Shown piece after piece: positions 38,101 to 51,909 of a DNA stretch of 64,000 nucleotides (the first letter of the stretch is position 1; each line of letters starts with the position of its first letter). The stretch covers positions 9,858,001-9,922,000 of the forward strand of contig OZ059897.1 in assembly GCA_964057225.1 (NCBI GenBank), in the 5' to 3' direction. The position numbers and the translations under genes were made by a program. Below the pieces are notes generated by a model, which did not search any database, was not told the DNA's origin, and was given only the letters and a program-made list of their open reading frames with translations. The stretch is from Auanema rhodensis (Eukaryota > Animalia > Nematoda).

Positions 38101-41100
38101 TCACCCTAACGGTACTTTATCTGATATTCAAATCTGTGATCCAAGGTACTAAACTGTACATCAAACTATCAAAATCATATCCTTTTTTTCTAGAAATGGT
38201 CAATGTCTTTGTAAAAGACATGCTGGTGGACGCAGCTGTAATCGTTGTGCTGAAGGATTTTATAACTTACAAGGATATAATCAACTTGGTTGTGAACGTA
38301 AGAAGATATTTATCACATCTTGTGATAAGTTGGCATCATTTCAGCTTGCGATTGTGATATTGGAGGAGCTGTCCGTGGAGATTGTGACATTAGTACTGGC
38401 CAATGTCGTTGTCGTCCAAGAATTACTGGACTCCGTTGCGATAAACCAATTGAAAATCATTATTTCCCCACTCTTTGGCATAATCAGGTAAGATTTTGAG
38501 CATATTTGAGATGAAATATTTATATTTTAAGTACGAGGCTGAGGAAGGTCATACCGAAGAAAACAAGCCTGTTCGCTTCGCTGTGGACACATCCGAATTC
38601 CAAAATTTCAGTTGGAGAGGATATGCAGTATTCTCCCCTATCCAAGAAAACATCATTCTTGAAATTGATGTTACTAAGGTAATATAGCATTCACCATGAT
38701 GCAATATCTTTTGTTTTCAGTCATCTGTATACCGGCTATTGTTCAAATACAAGAATCCAACTCCAGTACAAATAAGTGCCGATATTACTTTATCCCCCCG
38801 TGCTATCAGTGCTCATGGTATGCTGTAACACAATTTCAGATTTAATTTTCTCCTTCAGACCAAGAACAGGGAGAGAAAGTCAGCTTCCCACCTTCTGCTG
38901 AGCCAGCCATCAAGGAAATTACTGTGAAAGGCAAACCATTTGTCATGAATCCTGGTAGATGGGCTCTGCAGATTTCAACCAAACAAAGGCTTTATTTGGT
39001 ATTTGTTTTAATATTATTATTATTATACATTGTTAATATTATTAAGGATTATGTTGTTGTTCTTCCATCAGAGTATTACACTGGTGGAATTTTGAAGGAA
39101 AGAGCTCCTGCTCCATGCCACTCAGATTCTATTCCAAATTCTACTTGTGTCAACCTCTTATACCCACCAATTCCTAGTACTCTTCGTGCTGATGTTACCA
39201 CTGAAACAAACACATTCAAATACGTTAATCTTGATGGAACAACTACTGATATTGAGTTAGTACCAATTGAGATCCTTCCCGAAATCATTGGACCTGCCGC
39301 TTTCATTCAAGCTGGTGAAGATTCTAAAGTTATCGAGGTAAGATCTACAACTTGTTACGGAGCTTACTTCTATTTGAAGGCCAAAATCGAAGTTCCTGTT
39401 GAAGATGATTATGTTATTGTTGTTGAATATCACAACCGTGACAAAACTAGCTTCCCTGTCATCTTGGATATTTCTCAAGATGGCTTGACTCGTTTTAATG
39501 GAACTTTCAAGGTTCAACATTGTCCATTTGCGTAAGTGATAAAGAATATATTGAAAACAAGAATATATCTTATTTCAGCACATTCTGTCGTGAAGTTGTT
39601 ACTGACCAAGGTATTGTACCATCTGTCTTCCTTGAGGAAGGAGAAGCTGTAATGCAATTGCGTGTTGATGCCATGAACCAGTTCGGACTTGCTGCTGTAA
39701 ACTTGATTAGAAAAACCGAATGGAATACCGATTACCTTCAACAAGTAAGCAACGAATTTTCAGAGAATAATTAAAACGTTTGGTTAAGGTTCCTGTATGT
39801 GTTCGTAAGAATGGCAAATGCTTACCTCAAGAATATCCTCCAGCAGCCAATTCCATCGTTGCTGAAGCTGATGCTGGACCAAACCAAGTACCATTCTAAA
39901 CTCTCTCTTTGAGTTTTTGAATTTCTATTATTCAGGGCAAAGCTATATCTGGAGAAAAATTACCATTTGCCATTGCCAATCCTAAAGAAGTAAAGGTTGT
40001 TCCACTTGATGAGACTCATGGTACTTTGGATATCTCCGGAGTTGTCCCCACTAGAGGACATTACATGTTCCTTATTCACTACTTCAATCCTGACAACGCT
40101 CCTCTTGTTCTTCGTGGACTCATCACTTACCCAGAGCACTATAACGAAGGTTTCAACTTTTCCTATTCTTAGTAATCTACCTAGTCCTCAAGTTACCGTT
40201 GTTCCAATTCTCGTTTGTTCGAGAAATTTGATTACTATTTCAGATTTCCCTTGTCGTGATCGTCCTATATTGGGTAAAAATCGCGAAATATTTTTTGTTC
40301 ATAGAGTTTGCCCCTTTGTTTGCTATTTTTGCTGATATTATGTTTATTAACATAGTGTATTACTCGTGTTGAAATCCTTATTTCTCTCATTTCTTTACAA
40401 CTAATTGTCAAAATTAATTTCAGGAAATGTATCTTTGGGATACTGTCCATCATTCAGTGGATGTCTTGCCGTATTCTATGATAAGGATAGACCAGAGGTA
40501 TATAGTTATATTCAGAATTTTAGAAAAATATATATTTTATTCTTTAGATTAAACAATTTGCTGTTGATGATAAGTACTCAATGACTTTATATGCCAATGG
40601 ATCACAGAAGGGACCTGTTTACATCGTTAGTTCAATCAGATTTTTCTATTTCTATGAATTATTGTTGTTTAGAAATCAGTTACTCCAGTTCCTTATCAAT
40701 CTTACACTGATTCTCTTCTTACACCTCTCCCAGTTGATGTTTCTGCTGAATTTGTTGAGAAATGCAAGGAGAACTTTTTCCAAAATTCGTATGTCATATT
40801 CATCGAAGAAACTTTTCTATGTTATTGCTCTACTTCAGACCTGATACTGTCACAGATTTCTGTAGAGATAAGATTTTCTCGTTAACATCTGATTTCAATT
40901 CTGCTGCTTTCTCTTGCGATTGTAATGCTAAGGTAATTTTAACCTTCATTGTAATCCTTTTAAACATGTGCTCGTTAAGGGATCTGAATCCTTCTGCTGT
41001 GACGAATACGGTGGTCAATGTAAATGTAAAGCTAATATCATTGGAAGACGTTGTGATAGATGTGCTCCAGGATATTATAATTACCCAGAATGTATAAGTG

Positions 41101-44100
41101 AGTATATTATAATTAAGATTTGAAGCTAATGACGTCATGTTAGAATGCAAATGTGGAGAAGGACAGTTATGTGATGAGCATACTGGACAATGCTATTGTC
41201 CCCCTCATGTTGAAGGAGAGACTTGTGGTGGTTGTGTTGGAAATGCTTTCGGTTATGATCGTTTGATTGGTTGTCAGTTGGTAAGTAGAAGTTATGTAAT
41301 ATTGTTCATAAATTCCAATGCTTCAGTGCGGTTGTCACGAACAAGGGTCAGAAGTTGGTTCAATGCAATGTGATTCCATGAGTGGGCAATGCTTGTAATT
41401 TTTGAATTAGATATGTTCAATTCTATATATTGTATTGTCTAGGTGTCGTGAATCTGTTGGTGGAAGAGTTTGTGATCGTTGCTTGGCTGGATTCTATGGA
41501 TTCCCACATTGCTACGAATGTCGTTGCAACAAAGCAGGAACAACTCATGATATTTGCGATTCTACATCTGCTGCTTGTCAATGCAAAGAGAATGTTTATG
41601 GACCAGGCTGTGATACCTGCAAAGGTGGTACTTTCCATCTTACCACAGAAAATCCTCTTGGATGTATTGACTGTTTCTGTTTCGGAATTACGGATCAGTG
41701 TAGATCCAGTATGTTCCCAGTTATTTTCGTAAGTTAAACGCATTCTTAGACATGTCTTATTCATTATTTTAGGATCACATTGATCTTGCTGCCTTCACTA
41801 CTACTGACACCGAAGGAAGTATATCTGTATCTGATGATGTCAATACATTCACATCTTCTGATTCTGCTGAAAGTGCTTACTTCATTGTTCCAATCAATCA
41901 TGGAGCCGACTATACTAGTAGCTTTGGCTTGATGTTATCTGCTAAGCTTTCCGTTACTCCACGCGATCCTGATAATCGTGCTCTCAGTACCACTGCCGAT
42001 ATTCGACTTTATGGTAACAACATGACTGCTGAATTCTGGCAAGAGGAACAACCAGCAAATCCAGAAGACACATTCGCTATCAAAGCTCGTTTGGTTCCTG
42101 TATGTTTATAAGAAAGACTTCTGAACTGAAAAGTTTGTGTTTAGGAAAACTTTATTCTCAACGGTGAGAAACCAATCACTCGTGAGGAACTCATGATGCT
42201 TTTGAACGGACTTCAGAACATCACTATTAAGGCTTCTTACTTTGAAAAAACAGCTTCTGCTACCTTATTTGAATTCGCTCTCGAAAAAGCTGTACTTGAT
42301 GTATGTTTTAAAGTTTTAAAATTTATCCTAATTTATGATTTTACAGTATACCGTTGATTCCGTTCTTCGTGCTTCATCTGTAGAACAGTGTAACTGCCCA
42401 GCTCCTTATACTGGCCCTTCATGCCAACAGTGTGCTTCTGGATACTACCGTGTTGATGGAAACTATCTTGGTGCCTGCGTACCATGCGATTGTAATGGTC
42501 ATTCTGGAACCTGTGATCCACTCACCGGTGTTTGTTCTGATTGTGAAGATAACAGCCACGGTGATCACTGTGAGTTCTGCGACGAAGGACACTACGGAGA
42601 TGCCACAACCGGATCCCCATATTCATGCTTGCCATGCCAATGTCCTTACGCTCCTGATAACAACTTTGCTACTACTTGTAATGTCTCACAAGTTGGAGAG
42701 CTTTTGAGCTGCAGTTGCAAACCAGGATATACTGGTGATCGATGCGAAAGATGCTCGGCTGGTTTCTTCGGAGATCCCGGAAAGCCAGGAGGATTCTGTA
42801 AACCTTGTGAATGTAATGGTAATAACAATCTGAACGATTTTGGTAGCTGTCACCCAATTACTGGAGATTGTTTCAATTGTGAAAAGAACACCGATGGAAG
42901 ACATTGCGAATGGTGTAAGCCATGGTACGTTTTAAATTCAGTATATTTATTTTTAACTGTTTATTAAAGGTTCTATGGAGATGCTGTAACAAGCAAAAAT
43001 TGCTCCGAATGCAGCTGTAGCCAATGTGGAAGTCATACATGCGATAACCAAAAAGGACTTTGCACTTGTAAACCAAATGTCGAAGGAAACAATTGTGACC
43101 ATTGTATTGCTGATTACTGGGGTTTCTCTAAGTGTCGTGGGTGTGAACCATGTCACTGTGCTGAAGCTTCCTCTTCAACTCAATGCCATGCTGAAACTGG
43201 ACAATGTGCTTGCCGTCCTGGTGCTGCCGGTCTTCGTTGTGAGCACTGTGAACACGGATTCTGGAACTATGGCCCACACGGATGTAAGAAATGTGATTGC
43301 GAAGCCGATTTATCAATGGGAACTGTTTGCGACGTTCGCACTGGACAATGTCATTGCCAAGAAGGAGCCACTGGTCCCAGATGTGATCAATGTGAAAGGA
43401 GCTACTTACGCATTCCAAGCATGGGATGTCGTCGTTGTGATGAATGTGTGCACCATCTGATTGCTGATACAGATCTTCTTTCCATTCAATTTGGCGTCTT
43501 GAACTCTTCAATTGCAAACATTTCTTCTGCTACAGTAGTAGGAGCTCGTCTTAGTCGCAGTAACAAGGGATTAGCTAACTTGATAGAACTCTCTCAAATC
43601 CTTACAAATTCTGACAATGAATATAACAACTTCATTGGTGATGCTCGTATTGTCTTGACATCAAAGTCCAACCTTTTCAACAATGCTAACAGATCAGCTG
43701 CTGTGGGCAAAAGCGATTCTCATAGAATCAAGAATCTGACCGAAGATGCTGAACACGTTCTTCAGGATATTCGTGATAGAATTGAATATTCCAATACTGT
43801 TATCTTATCTATCAACTTACTTTCTGAAGCTATTGGAAGTCAGTCATCTGCCCTCAACATTGATCCCCGTTGGATACAAGACGCTGAAAATATTTTGAGA
43901 AACTTGGAAGAAGCTAGCACGTAAGTGATTTACCTTATATATTTCAAAAACTTTTATTTTCAGTAAGCCACAACCTGAGAATGCAAAGACTATTCCTGAG
44001 CAGATGCTTAAGCTGAAGGCTTATCTTCTTTCTTTCAAAGAAAAGATGAACTCTCTGCATGATCGTATCAATAGTGCAAAGGAAAAGGGAGATGAAGTTG

Positions 44101-47100
44101 CTCAATATTTAGCTGATACTCAAAAGTTGTTAAAGGACTCCAAGAAGAAGAGTGATGCCACTATTAAGGTTTAATTTTTTGTTATTTTTGGAAAAACAAA
44201 CATTTCATTTCAGGCTGCTCAACAACTGTCTCTCTTCAAACTCGAAGGTTTAGCCGGTGCTATCAATTCGGATGTTGAGAAGCTTCTCGACGCACGCACC
44301 TTGGTGAACAACTTGATTCTTGATATCAACAATAAGACTGAAACCATGAAAGATGCCAACGAATCCATCACTAACTCCTTATCCAGCTTATCTGAGGTTC
44401 GAGCCGATTTACAGGAAGCTGTTGAAAGCAGTGGAGGAAAGAGAGCTAAGCGAGATTCTGTTGATATCCAAGCTATGAAGAACAAAGCTAATGAATTATC
44501 TGCCGAATCATCCCGTCTGGCTGCTACTTTTGGATCAGTTCGTGATGAATCTAAAAATGCTGTTGATGCTGCTACTGCTTATGAAAATATGACTGATAAC
44601 CTTGTCTCAGCTAAGAAAAATTCTGATGAAGCCATCAACATTATTGAAAGTAATGGAGACGGAATTGAAAGCTTAAAATCTGAAGTTGGTGAAGCTCAAG
44701 AAAAATCTCGTTCTCTTGTTTCTGATCTTCAAAAGGATTCCCTCAATGAACTTCAACGCAAGGCAGATGCTACTGACCGCGATATTGAACGTTTGACCCA
44801 ACAATTGGATGGAATGCGTCAACTTCGTAGCACTGTTCACTCTAGCTTGACTTCTCCATTGCGTGAAGATATGATGTCTGAAATCGATGATAAGGTTAAG
44901 AAAGTACAATCTCTTAAAGAAGATTTAGAAGAAGCTGTTGATGCCGCTCGATCTCAAATCAGTGAAACTACTTCTCAAGCTGATGCAGCTATTGCTAAAC
45001 AAACTGATGCTGTTCAAGCGATAAAGCTAGCTAGAAGTAACATCAAGGAATTGAATGACTTAGCTCCAGCACTTAAGTCGTCGTTCAGCAAGATGTCTGA
45101 CGTCCGTAATCAGAAGAGCAACAAGGTTGAAGTCGCTCAAGAAAAATTGAATCATATCAAGGAAATGATCGCTGTCGCTCGTGATGCTGCTAATAGAATT
45201 CGTTTGGGTGCTCACTTTGAAGCTGGAAGCAGCTTGGATTTGAACTTACCCATTAGAGTCTCACAGTCTGCTGCCCACACTGATATCTCTTTCTACTTCC
45301 GTACTCAATATCCTAATGGTATTCCATTCTTCTTCGGAAACGAAGAAGGATCCGCTGGTACGAGAGCTGTCCCAACTGACGACTTTATCGCTGTTGAAAT
45401 TGAGCAAGGAACTCCTAAAGTAACCATCGATCTTGGAGACGAGCCTCTGATCATCAAGTTGGAAACACGTGTTGTTGATAATTTGTGGCGTCGTATTGAT
45501 GTGGAACGTATCGGAAAATCTGCTACTGTAACTCTGAGCCAACCTGTTAACGATCAACCCGCTGAAGTCAAGAAAGCTTCTTCAACAGGAAACAAGAGTG
45601 TTCTCAACCTCCATCAACAACAGAGTCGTCTGTTTGTTGGAGGAATTCCAGCTCGGAATGCTATTGATCAGACTCTTCGCAATCGTGTCTTCTATGGAGA
45701 TATTGAAGAGCTTATGCTTCATGGAGAACCTGTTGGTTTATGGAATGTTCGCAATGGTGGAATGATTAATGTCAATGGTGCTCCTCCTCGCTACAAGTCT
45801 GGAAGTGGATCATCAAATCCAGGTATTAATCAACATTTAGACGATTTATCCTTATTTTAATCTTTCTAGGCGTCTCTTTGAACGGAGAAGGATACATTGT
45901 TCATGAACTTGGACATTGGAATCCACGCAAGAAGACTGTTCTTTCTATGCAATTTTTGACTTATTCGCCTGATGGTCTTCTCTTCTTCATCGGAAAAGAG
46001 AACGACTTCTTATCTATTGAGTTGAGCTTGGGATCAGTCAAACTTTCTGTTGACTTTGGTTCTGGTGTTGGACAATGGACAACCGACAATTCTGATTACA
46101 ACAACGGAAAATGGCATACTGTATCGATTACTCGTGAAGGAGTTCACATTAAGATGGAGATGGATGGCAAGACTGTTGCTGAGGGTGATGCTCCTGGAAC
46201 TCATAGTGACATGAGTGTTACTGACAAGTTCTATTTGGGAGGAGTTCCAGCTGGAGTCAACACGTATGCCTTAGTCTAATCACGTTTTAAGCGAAATTTA
46301 TTTTTAGAAGAACTCCGATTGTACCACTTCGTGGATGCTTGCGAGCAGTTCGTCTCAATTCTGATGAACTTGATCTACTTGGACGTGGCGTTAGTGCAAG
46401 CAAGGGACTTCGTAGCACATGCCCACTTGGAAGTGTCAGAACGGTAATAGGATATTCCTTAATCAAAAATAATAAAATGATATATCGCAGGTCTCTATTC
46501 TCTCTGAACGCTCATCAGCAGTTTTCGATAATATGCCCAGCCGAGAAGAAACTGAAGTTACTCTTCGTTTCAAGACTCGTGAGCACAAGGGAGTTCTTCT
46601 CAATGTTCGTAGTGATGACGATGAGCATCTTCTCCAACTTGAAATTAACGATGGACAACTGATGGTATCTGCTGGTGAAGACAAGCTTACCGTTGAACTA
46701 GCTTCTGCATCTGATGAGCAGTGGCACTTCGTATCTGTTCGTAAAGGAAAGCATGTTTTACGTATCGATGTGGATGATATCTACACTCAAAATATCGAAA
46801 GACATCAAACGGTTGAGGAGAATGGTGATACTACCAGCATCGTCTTTGGAAAGCAATCTGATGGCGGCTCTTTCGTTGGTTGTGTCGGTGATGTCACATA
46901 CAATGGAGAACTTCTTGATTTCGCTAAGGTTTTGTGAAGCATCAAAATATATTTTTTTCATTTTTGACTTTTAGGCTAAGATACATGAAGTATCCTTAAC
47001 TGGCTGCTCTTTGAAAGATGATGAGATCATAACTACAGTTGCACCAATGACTACTTCTGCACCAGCTTCATCTGAAAATTTGGAAGAAGGAAATACTGAG

Positions 47101-48644
47101 GTAATATAAGCTTAAGACTAGGGATATCAATCTGCGTTTTTAACATAAAAATTTTATTTTTAACTTCTAACCTTCCCTCTTCTCTTCAACTTTCTTTAAC
47201 ATAATCTTTGTTACAGATGCGTCCCGATGGACAATGTGCACTTCCTTTGGTCCCACGTGGTACATTTAGTGATTCCGATGGTCTTCGATTTGGTGGAATG
47301 ACTGGATCTCGTATTGAATATAAAATCGTTAATGATTCATTCGAAAAGAGGTTTGATAGATTATGATAGATAGTTGGAAGATGTTTGATCGTTTTTCAGC
47401 GGAACATTCACGTTGAGCGTTAAAGCAACAGCTAATAGTGGAGTGATACTATTTGCTGCAAACGAGAAGCAGTCAGATCACATTGGTCTCTTCCTTAGTG
47501 ATGGCCGTGTTGTATTCACTTTCAACAGTGGAGGTGGACCAAGCACTGTTCTCAAGTCTACCAAATCCATTATGGATGGTATGTGGCACGAGATTAAGGC
47601 AACAAGAACTGCAAGCGAAGCACATCTCGTTCTCGATGACGAAAGTGTTGAAACTGAGTAAGTTATGGGATTTTAAAGCCAACATATAGTTTTTCCTATA
47701 GGAATTCCATTAAATCCATTGAGACCAAAGCTCCATTATTCGTAGGAGGAGTGCCATCGGAATTGGCTGCTTATATCAGAACAATCATTCCTGTAAGCTT
47801 GATTGATTTTTTTTTCTTTTGAAAACTAAATTGTAGGGAGTTCGTGCAGAATTTGGAGGGTGTATTAGAAATTTCAAACTCAATGATAAGCAAATTGAGA
47901 ACAAACATGAGCATGGAGTACAACGGTGCAATTCATTCATAGAAGATGGAATGTTTTTCGGTGAAAATGGTGGATATGCCATCTTGAAAAAGGGATATCA
48001 TGTTAGTTTCTAATAATTATAAATATAAATATTTCATAAATTAAGGTTGGACAAACATTCATTGCTGATATTGAAGTAAGACCTCGTGTCCAAAATGCTG
48101 TATTGTTCTCTGTTGGTAAAGTAGAATACTTGGCTGTTCAAATGAATAATGGATCTGTTAAAGTATTTGAATATGATTTATTCCTTCTTCTCAACTTATT
48201 GTTTTCAGTTTACTATTGACAGTGGAGCTGGACCTGAAAGCTTGATTTTCAAACCAACTGCTGGTTCATCTCTCTGTGATGGCCATTGGCATTCCATTAA
48301 GATAATGAAGAAAAAGAACTTGATGACTCTGACTGTTGATGGAAAGAGTAATCTGCACATCATGAAGAAGAGTAAAAAGCCTGAAACTGTTACTAATGAT
48401 CCAATCTATTTGGGAGGTATTCCGGATGAATCTGAAGCTAAAGGATTAGAAACTAAAGGTAATTCTTTGCTCTTTGACAGAATGCTCTAAGGCAATATCT
48501 ATTTCAGAACCTTATATTGGATGTCTGAGAATCACTAACTATGGTGACAAGAAGGCGCGTGTTATTCGTCGTCGTAAGCAGATTGATGTATCTAAGCTTG
48601 AAGTATTCGGTGACGTGAATAGTATGGAATGTCCTGTTAACTAA
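35199..48644 (+). CDS. epi-1: Laminin alpha chain (alpha3/5 type): signal peptide, LN, LE repeats, L4 domains, coiled coil, LG1-5
   Basis: [54 protein letters not shown], many laminin-EGF Cys repeats, a coiled coil, LG domains and C-terminal CPVN*. Confidence 0.95.
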
Positions 48645-51600
48645 CTTGCCCCCCCCCCTCCCGACATCAATATTACTGTTATAATGAGATACAAATATAT
48701 ATAATATATATGAATGCATATGAGCATATTAACTATTTTTAGAAAACAAAACCTTGCCCCCTCTAACATTATTAAAAATTAAATTTTTGATATTATTTGA
48801 AGCTTTATAACGTTAAAAACTTTAAAAAAATGTTTCTAACAGCCTAATTGGCTTTAATATTTTCAAAAACACAATTCTTGTTCATTTTCTCTCGGTTACA
48901 ATATATGTATGTCTTTGTTTTAAATCTCATTTATTATACTTAATAAAGACTTGTTATTATTATTAATTTTATTTAAAAAAAAAAGAAAAGAAAATATTAT
49001 AATACTATAATAGAGTATTAATATTATAAATATATTATGAAAGAAGTTATATGATACCTATTTGTTGATATTTAATCGTTTTTTTAATCAAAAATGAAAA
49101 ATATCTCGAAATTGAGGTAAATTTGGTTTTGAAATTGAGATTGCTATAAACAATAATTAAGTTGTTTGCTTTTTATTTTCAAAAATTGGACGGAGATCTC
49201 TATTTTTCTGCAATTTTGCATCATTAGTTCAAGCCATTTGGCTGTCTGGCTCTTTTTCTTTCTTTCTTTTTTTTTGCAAATTTGCTTTTTTATAAATTAA
49301 AGTGGTTAGCTATATGACAAATCTGTTTGGTAGTACTTAATATACGTACTGAATCTCCTAAATTGGATATCCATCCTCTGGGCCATTGAAAAATTGCTTA
49401 GCACTTGTTGGTGGGGGTGGGTGGCTTAGTGTCAGCTTGAAAAGCCTTTTTTAATCGGCCAAGCAGAGAGGTCAATGCAAAATAGTTCTGTAGCTCTTTT
49501 TTTTTCGTTTCTTTCTGCAAATTCAACGTACTAAGCTATTTAGTGAATGATCTTATCCTTTATTCTTTCTCAGCTTTTTTTTGGTTCATTAGGATATATG
49601 CTTTTAGTGAGGTTATTCTCCAAAAAATCCAATAATTTTTGACAAACTAATTAGATTTATTTCAATGAAATGCTTTTTTCTTTGCGAATTCACTTATGTT
49701 TTATAGGAAAAAAAGGAGGATTTGTGAAACCTATCATGTAGTCAGTTTCCTATTCTTCCTATTAGAAATTATTTGAATTGAATAGATGAAGTCTGCTCTG
49801 AGCTTTTTGAACAATGCAATAGAATAATTCCAATTTCAATGATAAGTTAGAAGTTTTTTCATATATATATATATTCTCAAAATAGTACAATGATATAGAC
49901 AATTTTATAATTAGTATAATTTATTTAGTTCCGATATTTCATCCAAATTCCTTTTTTCTCTAATTTTACAGCATCTTTTCTTTCTTTTTTTTTCCATTTT
50001 CTTTTTCGTAGGTGACTGAGTCTGAGTCCAAATTATTTTTTCCGTATATAGATCTATGATTTTAAATAAATAAATATATATTTATATATATATAATTTAT
50101 AGTACATATACTATATATATATATATATATATACATAAATAAATAAATAAATATATATATATATATATATAAAAAAACGAAAACCTAGCAAATTTCCCAA
50201 GTAATTACATCTCAGAGAGAGATAGAGAGAGGGGTAGCACCATACATTCGCATATCTTAATAGACTATGCTAAATGGTCGTTTTTTTGCATTTTATACCA
50301 AAAAAAGACTATAAATACATAATTTTAAAATTTTAAAAACTCTAATAAAACAATTTTTATTTTTTTTAATTAAAATTCAAAAACAATAGGGATTGTTCGT
50401 CATCTGTTCAGGTATAATATACTATATAATGAAATTTCTCTTCTTTTTTTTTGAAAAAAAAAGAGGATTTCCTTCTCCTTTTCATTTTTTTTTGTTACTC
50501 AAATGATGAGCTGGCTTGGAATCTTTTTTCATCACTAATTCATTCTTGGAGTATTCTATGATTTATAAATTTTGTTTTACAAATGATTACTTTTGAAAGA
50601 TAGAAAAGGAATACTCTCGAAGAATCTCAGATTATAATTGCTACTCCCCCTCAATTCAATTTCAATTGTGCATCAACATTCTTCTATTGTTTCATATAGA
50701 ATTTGGATTGGCTTTCCTCAGCAAGCAAAGTTTTCTTAAAGAATATTCAGAAATATATAATACATATGAGTTTGAAGAAGTAAAAGCTATAATAATTCTA
50801 AAATGAATATGAGAATATTCGCAGTCTCATTGTAAGCAAAGCAATTTTTTTTCTGTTCAAATATAATCCTGTGAATTATGCTGTTTATACCTAAAATAAT
50901 GTAGGATTTCAGAGATAACCTATGAGATTAATGGCTAAGATATTTTAATTTTCTTTTTCCGTTACATAACTGAAATCCTTTTTTTTTTTCACAAAACATT
51001 CATATATATTCTTATTTAAGCTATTGTCCATCCAATTTTTGTTTAGCCAGTTAACCTATACTAATATTTTCTAAATATTTCAATAAGTTCAGCTTATTCT
51101 TCATCTTTCACGTGTTTTTTTGGTTGAAGTTTAAGAAACAAATGAAAAAATATAAAAATATGAATAAAAAAGGAGAAAAAGAGAATTGTCTCCTGCATTT
51201 TCCTTTTCTCTTTTCGTTCTATCTCAAGTGAGCTTTTGCATATTCAGACAGAAAATCTTTTGCATTACCCATACACTTCTATAAGTAATAATACTTGAAC
51301 TATATAGTATATTTACTTGTATTTTCTTTTCTTTTCTTTTAAAAAATTTGAAAATAAGACTTTCATTGAGGAGCTAAAATGAGAACAACAAGACTTTTAA
51401 ACTTCTATATATATCTATATACTCATATGTACACACACATACACACAGGATATATATATATATATATATACATAATACAGATGATATACACAGGAGGACA
51501 TATACTCTTGGAATTGTTCAAGTTGATTTGCTTTCTCTTCTTTCATTCTCTGCTTCTTTCTCTATCTCTCCTTGCCTCTATCTCTCTCTATCTCTATCTC

Positions 51601-51864
51601 TCACTTCCTCAGATTTATCATGATTTCGAACTCACTTTGAACTGATCTTTGAATAATGTTTTGATGCTAAACAAGTCCTACACCTGTAGTCATCTTCCAT
51701 GGTCTATGAGCTTCGAAATACTCGTTTTTGTCTTGTCCATCACAATTTGCCTCTTATCTCCTTCATTCTCAATTTGGCTCATACAAACTCCCCCACTCTC
51801 TGCTCCCTCTCTATATATCCATCTAACTCTTTCATCTTACTATACTCTCTTTTTGTTTGAACTC

Positions 51865-51867
<3 letters not shown>

Positions 51868-51905
<38 letters not shown>
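51868..51905. repeat. (CT)n microsatellite
   Basis: Uninterrupted CT run. Confidence 0.95.

Positions 51906-51909
<4 letters not shown>

Noticed and set aside
48649-48663. C-run after the laminin stop as a G-quadruplex element
   Set aside because: A short single C-rich tract in a 3' UTR; insufficient evidence of function.
36225-48719. Many antisense and alternate-frame ORFs overlapping the laminin gene
   Set aside because: Shadows of codon-biased laminin exons, with no independent motifs or splice structure.
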